DNA from: Ruegeria sp.
GTDB lineage: Bacteria; Pseudomonadota; Alphaproteobacteria; Rhodobacterales; Rhodobacteraceae
NCBI RefSeq assembly: GCF_965243365.1
Contig: NZ_CBDEUW010000002.1
Location: forward strand, 3,087,057 to 3,151,056
DNA: 64,000 bases
Reading direction: 5' to 3'
In this document: positions 9,162 through 17,961 of the stretch, one piece after another
Numbering within the stretch: position 1 is the first letter of the stretch
Layout: every line of letters begins with the position of its first letter
The notes under the pieces: model-generated
What the model was told of the DNA's origin: nothing
What the model saw: the letters and a program-made list of their open reading frames with translations, nothing else
Databases searched by the model: none
Program-made: the position numbers and the translations under genes

Positions 9162-10004
9162 ATGGATGACCAAGCCCTGAACCGTATCGCCGATGCGCTT
9201 GAGCGTATGGCACCAGCCCCTCTGGCAGCTCCGGATTTCGCGGCCGCCCCGGCCTTTGTCTGGCATGTCGATCCAGACAGGCTGGAACCGGTCACGCAAG
9301 TCAATCGTGTTGATCTGGATTTGCTGGTGGGCATCAACCGGTCGCGCGACACTTTGCTGGACAATACCCGCCGGTTCGCGGCGGGCTACAAGGCCAACAA
9401 CGCCCTGCTTTGGGGTGCGCGGGGGATGGGCAAATCCAGCCTTGTCAAAGCTGTCCACGGCACGTTGCAATCGGAGCATCCCGACCTCAAGCTGGTAGAG
9501 CTGCAACGCGAAGATATGGGATCAGTCGCGCGCCTGCTGAACCACCTGCGCGCCGCTCCGCATCGGTTTATTCTGTTTTGCGATGATCTGTCCTTTAGCC
9601 ATGATGACCAGCATTACAAATCGCTTAAGGCTGTGCTGGACGGTGGTATCGAGGGGCGCCCGGAAAACGTTGTCTTCTACGCCACCTCAAACCGCCGCCA
9701 CCTGATGCCACGGGACATGATCGAAAACGAACGCTCCAGCGCGATCAACCCGTCCGAGGCGGTCGAGGAAAAGGTTTCACTGTCCGACCGCTTTGGCCTT
9801 TGGTTGGGCTTCCACCCCTGCGATCAGGACGAGTATCTGGCCATGATCGATCGCTACTGCGCGGCCTATGGAGTGGCTGTCAAAGCGGAAACGCTTCGGG
9901 CCGAGGCCATAGAATGGCAGGCCACACGCGGCGCGCGGTCGGGCCGCGTGGCTTGGCAATTCTTCGTCGATCTCGCTGGGCGCAACGGCATCCATATCAC
10001 CTGA
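9162..10004 (+). CDS. AAA-type ATP-binding protein (DUF815 family)
   Basis: Walker A GARGMGKSSLVKA and Walker B-like FILFCDDLSF. Size and sequence are typical of the conserved alphaproteobacterial DUF815 ATPase. Confidence 0.8.
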   Translation: MDDQALNRIADALERMAPAPLAAPDFAAAPAFVWHVDPDRLEPVTQVNRVDLDLLVGINRSRDTLLDNTRRFAAGYKANNALLWGARGMGKSSLVKAVHGTLQSEHPDLKLVELQREDMGSVARLLNHLRAAPHRFILFCDDLSFSHDDQHYKSLKAVLDGGIEGRPENVVFYATSNRRHLMPRDMIENERSSAINPSEAVEEKVSLSDRFGLWLGFHPCDQDEYLAMIDRYCAAYGVAVKAETLRAEAIEWQATRGARSGRVAWQFFVDLAGRNGIHIT

Positions 10005-10012
10005 TCCACCCG

Positions 10013-10064
10013 CTTCATCTGGCCAAAAATATCCCCGCCGGAGGCATGGCCCGTATGGGCCATT
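10013..10064 (-). repeat. Intergenic hairpin-plus-tail element, copy B (inverted relative to copy A)
   Basis: Its reverse complement is AATGGCCCATACGGGCCAT plus a 33-nt tail identical to copy A. Confidence 0.9.
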
Positions 10065-10066
10065 CC

Positions 10067-10711
10067 CTAAAGCAGCGCCAATATCCGCTTTGCCTCTTTT
10101 GCAGGTGACGTCAGTGCGTCGCGATCCTCGCCTGGGTGGAAACGGGCGCGCACGGCTGTTGGCATTGGGGCAGGCTCAACAATCGAGACCCGAGGCCCGG
10201 TGCGTTCCGTTTCCGCGGCCCAGCTACGTGCCAGAGCCATCTGGGCTGCCTTGGTGGCACCATATATGCCATAGAATTTTTCGCCCGCCTTGGGATCGTC
10301 AAAAAACACGGCGTGCCCGGGTTCCCCCAGCAACGGGGACACATAGGGGATCAGCACGGAAAGGGCATTGGCGTTGGTGTTAACCGCTTTTGTCCATTCT
10401 TTCGGGTCAACAAAATGCGCTGGTGTCAGGGCTGAGGTATGAACGGCAGTGTGTAGCCACAGGTCGACCTTGCCCCAACGATCATGAATACCACGGCACA
10501 GTGTGGCCATGGCATCCGGGTCGGTGATGTCCATGGGGGCCAATGTGGCTGAACCACCTTTGGCCTGAATACGGTCGTCCAATTCTTCAAGCCCGCCGGT
10601 GGTGCGGGCGACGGCAACGATGTGATAATCTGGCACAAGCGCCTCGGCCAACGCCGCGCCCAGTCCGCGAGAGGCCCCTGTGACAAGGGCAATTTTGGTC
10701 TGATCGGTCAT
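10067..10711 (-). CDS. SDR-family oxidoreductase
   Basis: TGASRGLG motif and the YGATKAA catalytic motif. I prefer the ATG at 10711 to the TTG at 10747. Confidence 0.85.
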   Translation of the reverse strand: MTDQTKIALVTGASRGLGAALAEALVPDYHIVAVARTTGGLEELDDRIQAKGGSATLAPMDITDPDAMATLCRGIHDRWGKVDLWLHTAVHTSALTPAHFVDPKEWTKAVNTNANALSVLIPYVSPLLGEPGHAVFFDDPKAGEKFYGIYGATKAAQMALARSWAAETERTGPRVSIVEPAPMPTAVRARFHPGEDRDALTSPAKEAKRILALL

Positions 10712-10754
10712 GGAAGCGGTTTGACCCGACGCGGGGCAGGGCGTCAAGGCCCGA

Positions 10755-11003
10755 TCAACTGCCGGGGATGGTCATGCGCCTCGTCTGGCCGCTTTGTCGC
10801 AGCACGATGCCGTCCTCATCGATGGCAACAACGGTGCCCGAGGCAACGCGGCTGCCGATCTTCACTTTTTTCACGCGTCCGGAAGACATCCGCATCAACG
10901 CTCGCATGTCCGCCTTTGGGCCATAAACGCCCAGGACTGAGACCGAGTTCTTTTTCAGCACCCCCGTCTGGGTTGCTGTGGCTTTGACTGTTGCGTTTGG
11001 CAT
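10755..11003 (-). CDS. Small hypothetical protein with a PilP/GspC-like beta-domain pattern; start uncertain
   Basis: ORF with a pattern (LLGVYG...ALMR...G...VKIGS.V.SGTVVAIDEDGIVL) reminiscent of small beta-sandwich domains. No firm family call. Confidence 0.4.
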   Translation of the reverse strand: MPNATVKATATQTGVLKKNSVSVLGVYGPKADMRALMRMSSGRVKKVKIGSRVASGTVVAIDEDGIVLRQSGQTRRMTIPGS

Positions 11004-11253
11004 GTTCTGCGGCCCGGGCAAGCGCCGGACCCTTTTGGTGAGTGGTGTATGCCGGTCGGGTATCAAAACGGCACAGGGAATAAAAGCGGAACTCGCGCTT
11101 TGCCTAATCCGGAACCAACCGCTATTCCCGAACCCTTTGCAATTTGGTCAGGTTCGCCGACAGGTTGTGGGCAAAAATTCACCGAGCGCGCATCGAAGCA
11201 GCCTGAAAGGTGCGCCGGGCGTCCAGTGCGATTCGTCTGTCCTCGTCAGCCGG

Positions 11254-12777
11254 TCAGCCCGAGGCCAGTTTGGCTGCGTTCCAGGACCCGCCCGGCACCT
11301 GCATGTCTTCGCGCTTTTTGCTGACGCGGCTGCTGTTTTCCAGGCTGTCCAGATAATCCTCGCTGACACTGCCGGTGATGTACTTGCCGTCAAAGCAGGA
11401 ACAATCGAAGGCCTCGATCTCGGGATTGCCTTCTTTCGCGGCCCAGATCAGATCGTCGAGGTCCTGATAGAACAACGCATCGGCGCCCAGCTCCTCGCGG
11501 ATGTCTTCGATCTCTTTGCCATTGGCGATCAGTTCATGCTTGGTCGGCATGTCGATGCCATAGACGTTGGGATACTTAACCGGTGGCGAGGCGCTGGCGA
11601 TGTATACCTTTTTTGCACCCGCCTCGCGGCACATCTGCACGATCTTCTTGATCGTATTACCGCGCACAATGGAATCGTCGATCAGCAGCACATTGTGGCC
11701 CTGAAACTCAAGCGGAACGGCGTTCAGTTTGCGGCGCACGGATTTCTGGCGCTCGGCTTGACCCGGCATGATGAACGTGCGGCCCACATAGCGGTTTTTG
11801 ACCAGACCCTCGCGATAGGGGATACCGGTGATCTTGGCAGCCTCAAGCGCAACCGGGCGCGCACTGTCGGGGACCGGGATAATCCGGTCGATGTCCAACC
11901 CTGATTCCTGAATCTGTTTTGCCAGCGTCTGTCCCATGCGCATTTGCGTTTTGTAGACAGACACGCCGTCCAGCAAAGAGTCCGGGCGCGCCAGATAGAC
12001 ATATTCAAAGATACACGGCGTCAGTTTGCCTTCGACCGCCTGGAACTCATGCATATTGCCATCAAGGTCGATCAGGATCGCTTCGCCGGGGCGCAGGTCG
12101 CGTAGCTTGTCGAACCCGTTGATGCCAAAAGCCACATCTTCCGAGGCAAAGGCATAGTCGTCTCCCTCTCCGTCCACTGCGCGCTTGGCAACAGACAGGG
12201 GGCGGATGCCGAAAGGATCACGGAAAGCCAGCATGCCGATGCCTGCCACCAGACAGATCACCGAATAAGCGCCCTGAACGCGTTCCATCGTCATCTTCAC
12301 CCCGGCAAAGATGTTTCTGATCGGGTCCGAGTTTCCGTTTACCTTGATGGCGTCGGCCACTTTGTCAGCCAGCACGTTCAACAGGATTTCCGAGTCCGAC
12401 GTGGTGCGCAGGTGGCGGCTGTACTTGCCAGTCACTTTCTGGCGTTGCTCGGCCGTATTGGTGATGTTGCCGTTATGGACCAGATAGATGCCATAAGGCG
12501 CGTTGACAAAAAACGGCTGCGCCTCAGCCGCGCTGAGTGAGCCCGCGGTTGGATAGCGCACATGCCCCATGCCGACCTTGCCCAGCAGGGTTTCGGCATC
12601 GCTGGCGTTGAACACGTCTTTGACCAACCCATTGGCTTTCTTCTCGCGGAAAAACTCGCCGTTGTAGGTGACAATCCCCGAAGCATCCTGACCGCGGTGT
12701 TGCAGCATCAGCAACCCGTCATAGATCTCCGCAAAGACATCATGTGTCCGGCTTGCGATTCCCAAAATCCCACACAT
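11254..12777 (-). CDS. purF: Amidophosphoribosyltransferase
   Basis: MCGILGI N-terminal nucleophile, the PRT motif VLLIDDSIVRGNT and a GGAG RBS. Confidence 0.97.
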   Translation of the reverse strand: MCGILGIASRTHDVFAEIYDGLLMLQHRGQDASGIVTYNGEFFREKKANGLVKDVFNASDAETLLGKVGMGHVRYPTAGSLSAAEAQPFFVNAPYGIYLVHNGNITNTAEQRQKVTGKYSRHLRTTSDSEILLNVLADKVADAIKVNGNSDPIRNIFAGVKMTMERVQGAYSVICLVAGIGMLAFRDPFGIRPLSVAKRAVDGEGDDYAFASEDVAFGINGFDKLRDLRPGEAILIDLDGNMHEFQAVEGKLTPCIFEYVYLARPDSLLDGVSVYKTQMRMGQTLAKQIQESGLDIDRIIPVPDSARPVALEAAKITGIPYREGLVKNRYVGRTFIMPGQAERQKSVRRKLNAVPLEFQGHNVLLIDDSIVRGNTIKKIVQMCREAGAKKVYIASASPPVKYPNVYGIDMPTKHELIANGKEIEDIREELGADALFYQDLDDLIWAAKEGNPEIEAFDCSCFDGKYITGSVSEDYLDSLENSSRVSKKREDMQVPGGSWNAAKLASG

Positions 12778-13126
12778 GTACGGGGCTCCAATTTCTATGA
12801 CGTTTTTAGGTGAGTTTTACCCTGCGCAGCAGGGATTGGGCCGACGGGGGCTGCTGTTCCTGACGCCAGACCGGCTGTCATCATTGCGACGCACGCGCAT
12901 ACGAACAGAAAGAACAAGATCGGCAGCTCCGATTCCGTGGCAGTTTGGCATCCACATAATGCCTATTCGTGCGCCTGTCATCAAAGGATCACAAACACTT
13001 TTGCCGCAGGTGCTTTCGCTGACTGGGACTCCGCCGTCAATGATTGATGACATATTGGGGTATATGTGCTGTCATAGTCATAATTTTGATAAGAAATGAA
13101 ACGAGTACGGCGGGTCGAGAGTAGAT

Positions 13127-13351
13127 ATGTGGCAGCATAAACGGCATCAGAAGAAGGACGAACCGATCAAGCGACGATGTCACCGATGTCGTGGCTCGGG
13201 GCGTGCGCCATGTGAAATCTGCAAGGGAACCGGCGAAGTTGTCAAAAGTCGCGACGTCTTTGGTAAACCGGTATCCAGCAGGTGCGATGGGTGCTTTGGC
13301 CTGAAATCCATCCGCTGTACCGTGTGCGGCGGGGATGGATACGTGACCTGA
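13127..13351 (+). CDS. Standalone DnaJ-type zinc-finger miniprotein (74 aa)
   Basis: Four CxxC units, three of them the full CxxCxGxG form (CHRCRGSG, CEICKGTG, CDGCFGLK, CTVCGGDG), after a basic N-terminus. Sits in a lower-GC spacer. The RBS is weak. Confidence 0.55.
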   Translation: MWQHKRHQKKDEPIKRRCHRCRGSGRAPCEICKGTGEVVKSRDVFGKPVSSRCDGCFGLKSIRCTVCGGDGYVT

Positions 13352-13365
13352 TCGGGTAGCCAATG

Positions 13366-13392
13366 AAAAAAGCCCGGGCAGGGCCGGGCTTT
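13366..13392 (-). terminator. Bidirectional stem-loop terminator (better T-run on the minus strand, downstream of cvpA)
   Basis: AAAAAAGCCCGG-loop-CCGGGCTTT. On the minus strand the stem is followed by TTTTTT. Confidence 0.65.
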
Positions 13393-13415
13393 CATCGACT
13401 ACTGACAGCGCTGCC

Positions 13416-14027
13416 TTAGCCGCCCTGCGTGTTGTCCTGGGTTTCAGCCGGAGTGACAGGTTCCGGTGTATTGCCAGCGGTGCAGGACGCAACCAGCTTT
13501 TCGTATTGCGATGTGACCCATCCCAACGCGGCTTCCGGGTTCTGTTCTTCGATCTGATCGCTGAACTGTTCAAAGACTTTGGCCGACCGGCTTTCGTCCA
13601 CGATTGTGTAAGACTGGCCGGTCATCACGGTGTCGTAGACAAAAAAGGCGATGGCGACCAACAGGATCCCGCGCGCGACACCGAAGAAAAAGCCCAGCGC
13701 CTGATCCAGCCCGCCCAAGGCGGACCGCTGAACCAGCGATGAAAACAGCGGCGTGAAGATGCTGACCACGATCAGCGCCACGGCGAAAACGGCGGCGAAG
13801 CCGGTGATCACCGACAATTCGCAACTGTCACGCAGGAACTCTCCGACCACGGGCACTTCTTTGACCAATGGCACGACCTGCGGTGCAAAGATAAAGGCCA
13901 GAACGGCGGCGGCGACCCAGCCTGCAATGGCTAGAACCTCGCGCATGAAGCCGCGGGAGTAGGCGAGAATGCCCGACACCACGACGATCAGGGCAACGAC
14001 CCCGTCAATTATTGTAAAACCTTCCAT
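13416..14027 (-). CDS. cvpA: CvpA-family membrane protein (colicin V production protein)
   Basis: MEGFTIIDGVVALIVVVSGILAYSRGF N-terminus and four TM segments. Start set at the internal ATG at 14027, which has a GAGGG RBS. Confidence 0.85.
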   Translation of the reverse strand: MEGFTIIDGVVALIVVVSGILAYSRGFMREVLAIAGWVAAAVLAFIFAPQVVPLVKEVPVVGEFLRDSCELSVITGFAAVFAVALIVVSIFTPLFSSLVQRSALGGLDQALGFFFGVARGILLVAIAFFVYDTVMTGQSYTIVDESRSAKVFEQFSDQIEEQNPEAALGWVTSQYEKLVASCTAGNTPEPVTPAETQDNTQGG

Positions 14028-14067
14028 GGCCCTCGCCTGTTCGTTTGCCTGCCCCCGGGGCGCGACT

Positions 14068-15429
14068 TTAACCTGCTCCGAAGGTTTCGCCAACAAACCC
14101 AACCAAATCAGAGGGTCGGGTGAGTGTCAGACCTGCCACAGTACCGGTTTTGCCGCCCGCCGGAGCGATTGCCGCTGTGAAACCAAGTTTTTGCGCTTCT
14201 TTCAACCTGTTTTCGGTCTGCGAAGCTGGTCTAAGTGCCCCAGATAGCGAGATTTCTCCGAAAACAACGGTGTCAGCGGGCAAAGCGGTGTCTTCCCGTG
14301 CGCTCAGCAATGCGGCGGCCACGGCAAGGTCTGCGGCGGGTTCACTGATTTTCAGCCCCCCGGCGACGTTCAGATAGACATCAAGCCCGGCAAAGGGGAT
14401 CCCGCAGCGCGCTTCGAGCACGGCAAGGATCATCGCAAGGCGCCCGCTGTCCCAGCCGACAACCGTGCGGCGGGGCTGCGAATGGGGTGACGGGGCGACC
14501 AGTGCCTGCAATTCCACCAGAACAGGGCGGGTGCCTTCGATCCCAGCAAAGACGGCCGATCCGGGGCTGGGCGTTCCACGCTCTGACAGAAACAGAGCCG
14601 AAGGGTTGGTGACTTGCGCCAGCCCTTTCCCGGTCATCTCGAACACACCGATTTCGTCTGCCGGGCCAAAGCGGTTTTTGACCGCGCGCAGGATGCGGAA
14701 TTGGTGGCCGCGCTCGCCTTCGAAATAAAGCACGGTATCGACCATATGCTCGACCACGCGGGGGCCTGCGATCTGACCTTCTTTGGTGACGTGACCCACC
14801 ATGATGACCGACACGCCGTGACGTTTGGCAAAGGTGGTCAACTCATGTGCTGCGGCGCGAACCTGTGAAACCGAGCCCGGCGCGCTGTCCACATTGTCGG
14901 CCCACATGGTCTGGATCGAGTCGATGATGGCCAGCCCGGGTTTTTCCGCCTCAAGCGTTGTCAGAATGTTCCGAAGGTTGGTCTCTGCCGCCAACTGGAC
15001 AGGTGCATCCTCAAGCCCCAGGCGACGCGCGCGCATGCGGACCTGTGCGCTGGCTTCCTCGCCCGAGACATAGATGGTTTTGACGCCTGCACGTGAGAAC
15101 CGTGCGGCGGCCTGCAGCAGCAGGGTGGATTTACCGATGCCCGGATCTCCGCCCACCAACAGGGCCGAGGCAGGCACAAGGCCACCGCCCAGCACGCGGT
15201 CCAGTTCGTCTACACCGCAGAGCGTGCGGGGAGGGGGCGTTTCCTCGGTCGACAGATCGGTCAGCGTGATGTTCTGCCCGCGTTTGGTGCCCAGCGACTT
15301 CTTGGCCGGACCTGCCGACAAGGGTACGTCCTGGGTAATCGTGTTCCACTCGCCGCAGCTGTCACAACGTCCGGACCAGCGGGAATGCGAAGCGCCACAG
15401 GCGGAGCATGAGAATGTTGGTTTTGCCAT
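14068..15429 (-). CDS. radA: DNA repair protein RadA
   Basis: N-terminal zinc finger CSACG...CDSCGEWNT, Walker A GDPGIGKST, the KNRFG motif and a Lon-like C-terminal domain. Confidence 0.97.
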   Translation of the reverse strand: MAKPTFSCSACGASHSRWSGRCDSCGEWNTITQDVPLSAGPAKKSLGTKRGQNITLTDLSTEETPPPRTLCGVDELDRVLGGGLVPASALLVGGDPGIGKSTLLLQAAARFSRAGVKTIYVSGEEASAQVRMRARRLGLEDAPVQLAAETNLRNILTTLEAEKPGLAIIDSIQTMWADNVDSAPGSVSQVRAAAHELTTFAKRHGVSVIMVGHVTKEGQIAGPRVVEHMVDTVLYFEGERGHQFRILRAVKNRFGPADEIGVFEMTGKGLAQVTNPSALFLSERGTPSPGSAVFAGIEGTRPVLVELQALVAPSPHSQPRRTVVGWDSGRLAMILAVLEARCGIPFAGLDVYLNVAGGLKISEPAADLAVAAALLSAREDTALPADTVVFGEISLSGALRPASQTENRLKEAQKLGFTAAIAPAGGKTGTVAGLTLTRPSDLVGFVGETFGAG

Positions 15430-15504
15430 GCGGCCTTGGTGCCCGAGGATGGGCAGTTCTTCAAGCCCTTACGGGCCTGCCTCACCGCCGGTGGCGCGCT
15501 GAGG

Positions 15505-15942
15505 TCAGGTCTGTTTGTATTGGCGCTCTGTAAGGATGCCGAAAAGGATTGAGGCCAGAATGCAAAGGGTGAAGAGATAGAGGCCCCACGCCGTTTCGAT
15601 TGTGGCGTAAGAGATGCCTTTGGCCAGCGTGATGTAAAGCGCGATCAGGAAGATGTCGGCCATCGCCAGCTTGCCAAGGATGTTCAGCGCGGGTTGGACG
15701 CGGATGTCGAGCAGGTTCCATTGGATCAACGCTGTCCCGATGGTTTTGAGGTAGGGCGCGAAGAGGGCGAAGACGGTGACGATCAGCGCGAGGAAGACGT
15801 CGGATTTCCACAAGGATTGCAGGCCGGTGATAACGCTGATTTCGGATAGGCCGAAGATCGGGAGCAACCCCGCGCGCATCAACGGGGCAAACCACGCGAT
15901 GGGGTAGAGGATCAGGAGGGAGAGGGTGGCGAGGCGGAGCAT
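15505..15942 (-). CDS. PqiA-like (paraquat-inducible protein A family) single-domain membrane protein
   Basis: 145 aa with four TM segments. The pattern P.....L...G.....S...G...L and the hydrophobic core resemble one PqiA repeat. Confidence 0.6.
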   Translation of the reverse strand: MLRLATLSLLILYPIAWFAPLMRAGLLPIFGLSEISVITGLQSLWKSDVFLALIVTVFALFAPYLKTIGTALIQWNLLDIRVQPALNILGKLAMADIFLIALYITLAKGISYATIETAWGLYLFTLCILASILFGILTERQYKQT

Positions 15943-16028
15943 TTTTCCTACAACGATAAACAGGGTTAGTCAGAAAACTCTGGTCGGCTTTGTGACGGGT
16001 AGAGCTATGGTGGACCAGAAACAAAGAC

Positions 16029-16439
16029 CTACAAAAGGCGAAACGCAAAATAGCAGACCAAGAATATAATTAATAAGCACAAAACCGCTGCGAAATGGCA
16101 AAGAAATATATGCGTTTTCGCTCTTGCTGCTTTTAGCAAGTTGATTGTCTGTAGAAGTGCGCACAACAAAACCGGAGTTAAGATTGCGAAGGATAGCTCT
16201 CGCGTAGAACCTCGTTGCAGGTCGCTTAAAGCTCGAGAATATGAGGATACTTGAAAAAATGTCCCCCAACCCAACAGCCAAACGAAACAGAGCGCGGGCG
16301 TCCAGATCAGGCGCGATCCAAGTCTGGACGGGTTTTCGTTTTCTCTGTGTCTTAACCCGGCAGAAAAGGAAATGCCTGCCACTATGATCGGCATCAAGAA
16401 CAGGGCTGGGATGGCCAGAGCAATCAGGGTGTTTATCAC
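16029..16439 (-). CDS. Hypothetical four-TM membrane protein in a low-GC patch
   Basis: Its GTG start overlaps the TGA stop of the upstream ABC ATPase (GTGA). By hand count, 16021-16260 is about 35-45% GC against about 57-60% in the flanks. No family recognised. Confidence 0.5.
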   Translation of the reverse strand: MINTLIALAIPALFLMPIIVAGISFSAGLRHRENENPSRLGSRLIWTPALCFVWLLGWGTFFQVSSYSRALSDLQRGSTRELSFAILTPVLLCALLQTINLLKAARAKTHIFLCHFAAVLCLLIIFLVCYFAFRLL

Positions 16440-17182
16440 CGCACCGCCTCAATCGGACCCTCAGCACTCCCGCTGATAAACTGCTCCACATAAGGATCAC
16501 CCGAGGCATCCATCTGCCCCACAGGCCCGGTCCACTGGATCACCCCGTCATGCAGCATCGCCACATTGTCGGCAATCGCGCGCACGGAACTCATGTCGTG
16601 GGTGATGGTCATCGCGGTGGCGCCCATCTCGGTCACGATCTCTCGGATCAGGTCATTGATGACGCCGGACATGATCGGGTCGAGGCCGGTGGTGGGTTCG
16701 TCGAAGAAAATGATCTCGGGGTCGGCGGCGATGGCGCGGGCAAGGCCGACGCGTTTCTGCATGCCGCCCGACAGTTCGGACGGGTAGAGATCGGCCACCT
16801 TGGCGCGCAGGCCGACGCGGCGCAGTTTGTCGATGGCGATTTCGCGCGCATAGTCGGCAGGGCGTTTCAGCGGACCGCGCAGCAGGCGAAAGGCGACGTT
16901 CTGCCAGATGGGCAGCGAGTCAAACAGCGCCGCGCCCTGAAACAGCATGCCGAATTTTGCCAGAAACGCATCCCGATCGCCCTTGGTGGCGTCTTTGCTG
17001 TCCACGTAGATCATACCGCTGTCGGGTTTGATCAGGCCCAGGATACATTTCAGCGCCACCGACTTACCGGTCCCCGAGCCGCCGATGATAACCATCGAAG
17101 TACCCTTGGGAATCTCAAGGTTCATGCCCTGCAGCACGTGGTTGTCGCCAAAGGCTTTTTCTACGTTCTCCATTCGGATCAT
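16436..17182 (-). CDS. ABC transporter ATP-binding protein (MlaF-like)
   Basis: Walker A GGSGTGKS, signature LSGGMQKRVGLARA and Walker B IIFFDEPTTGLD. Confidence 0.9.
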   Translation of the reverse strand: MIRMENVEKAFGDNHVLQGMNLEIPKGTSMVIIGGSGTGKSVALKCILGLIKPDSGMIYVDSKDATKGDRDAFLAKFGMLFQGAALFDSLPIWQNVAFRLLRGPLKRPADYAREIAIDKLRRVGLRAKVADLYPSELSGGMQKRVGLARAIAADPEIIFFDEPTTGLDPIMSGVINDLIREIVTEMGATAMTITHDMSSVRAIADNVAMLHDGVIQWTGPVGQMDASGDPYVEQFISGSAEGPIEAVR

Positions 17183-17961
17183 AGCGAGAAGAATACCCCT
17201 GTGAGAACGAAGTTGGCGGCCAGGATCAGCACGGCGGCTGCCTCGACCGAGCCTTTGGTGGCGCGGCCCACACCCTGCGCGCCGCGGCCGGAGTTCATGC
17301 CGTAGTAACAGCCCATGATGGCGGCGATGACCCCGAAGGCTGCGCCTTTGACCAACGAGGAAACGATGTCGCGCGTTTCAAGGAAGTCCACGGTGTTTTT
17401 CAGATAGGCCGCCGGGTTGAAACCCAGGTTTTGCGTGGCAACCGTGTACCCGCCGGCGATGCCGATTATGTCGCCCACGCCGACCAGCGCGGGCACGGTG
17501 ATCAGGGCCGCCAGAACTCGCGGGGCCGTGAGGTATTTCATCGGATGGGTCGAGAGCGTGACCAGCGCATCGATCTGCTCGGTCACTTTCATCGTAGCGA
17601 TTTCTGCAGCAATTGAGGACGTTACGCGGGCAGCAATCATCAACCCTACCAGCACCGGGCCAAGTTCACGGACCATGCCAATGGCGACGATCTGGGGCAC
17701 CACAGCCTCGGCATTGAATCGCGCGCCACCGGCGTAGATTTGCAGCGCCAATGCGCCACCGGTGAAGATGGCAGTCAGGCCCACAACGGGCAGGGACAGC
17801 CAGCCGATATTCAGCAAAGCGATGCCGAATTCACGAGGGTAGAACGGCGGGCGAAAGATGTGCGAGATCGCGTCCAAGGCAAACAGTGCCACTCGACCGA
17901 AGGCCGCGAATACGCCCAGTACCGTACGGCCCAGCCCTCCCAGCGCCGTAAGCGCGTTCAT
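17179..17961 (-). CDS. ABC transporter permease (MlaE family)
   Basis: 260-aa polytopic protein with MlaE-like motifs ([22 protein letters not shown]). Overlaps the ATPase gene by 4 nt. Confidence 0.9.
   Translation of the reverse strand: MNALTALGGLGRTVLGVFAAFGRVALFALDAISHIFRPPFYPREFGIALLNIGWLSLPVVGLTAIFTGGALALQIYAGGARFNAEAVVPQIVAIGMVRELGPVLVGLMIAARVTSSIAAEIATMKVTEQIDALVTLSTHPMKYLTAPRVLAALITVPALVGVGDIIGIAGGYTVATQNLGFNPAAYLKNTVDFLETRDIVSSLVKGAAFGVIAAIMGCYYGMNSGRGAQGVGRATKGSVEAAAVLILAANFVLTGVFFSL

Noticed and set aside
12817-13053. 78-aa minus-strand ORF (MSSIIDGGVPVSEST...) in the cvpA-purF spacer.
   Set aside because: No RBS, no recognisable motif, and an Arg/Ser-rich tail. Most likely non-coding.
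12778-13126. Riboswitch (ZTP/pfl or purine) in the long region upstream of purF.
   Set aside because: Reading the minus strand, I could not find the conserved ZTP core (GGGUCGUGACUGGCG ... CCGCCUGGGC) or a purine-riboswitch three-way junction. It needs an Infernal scan to be sure.
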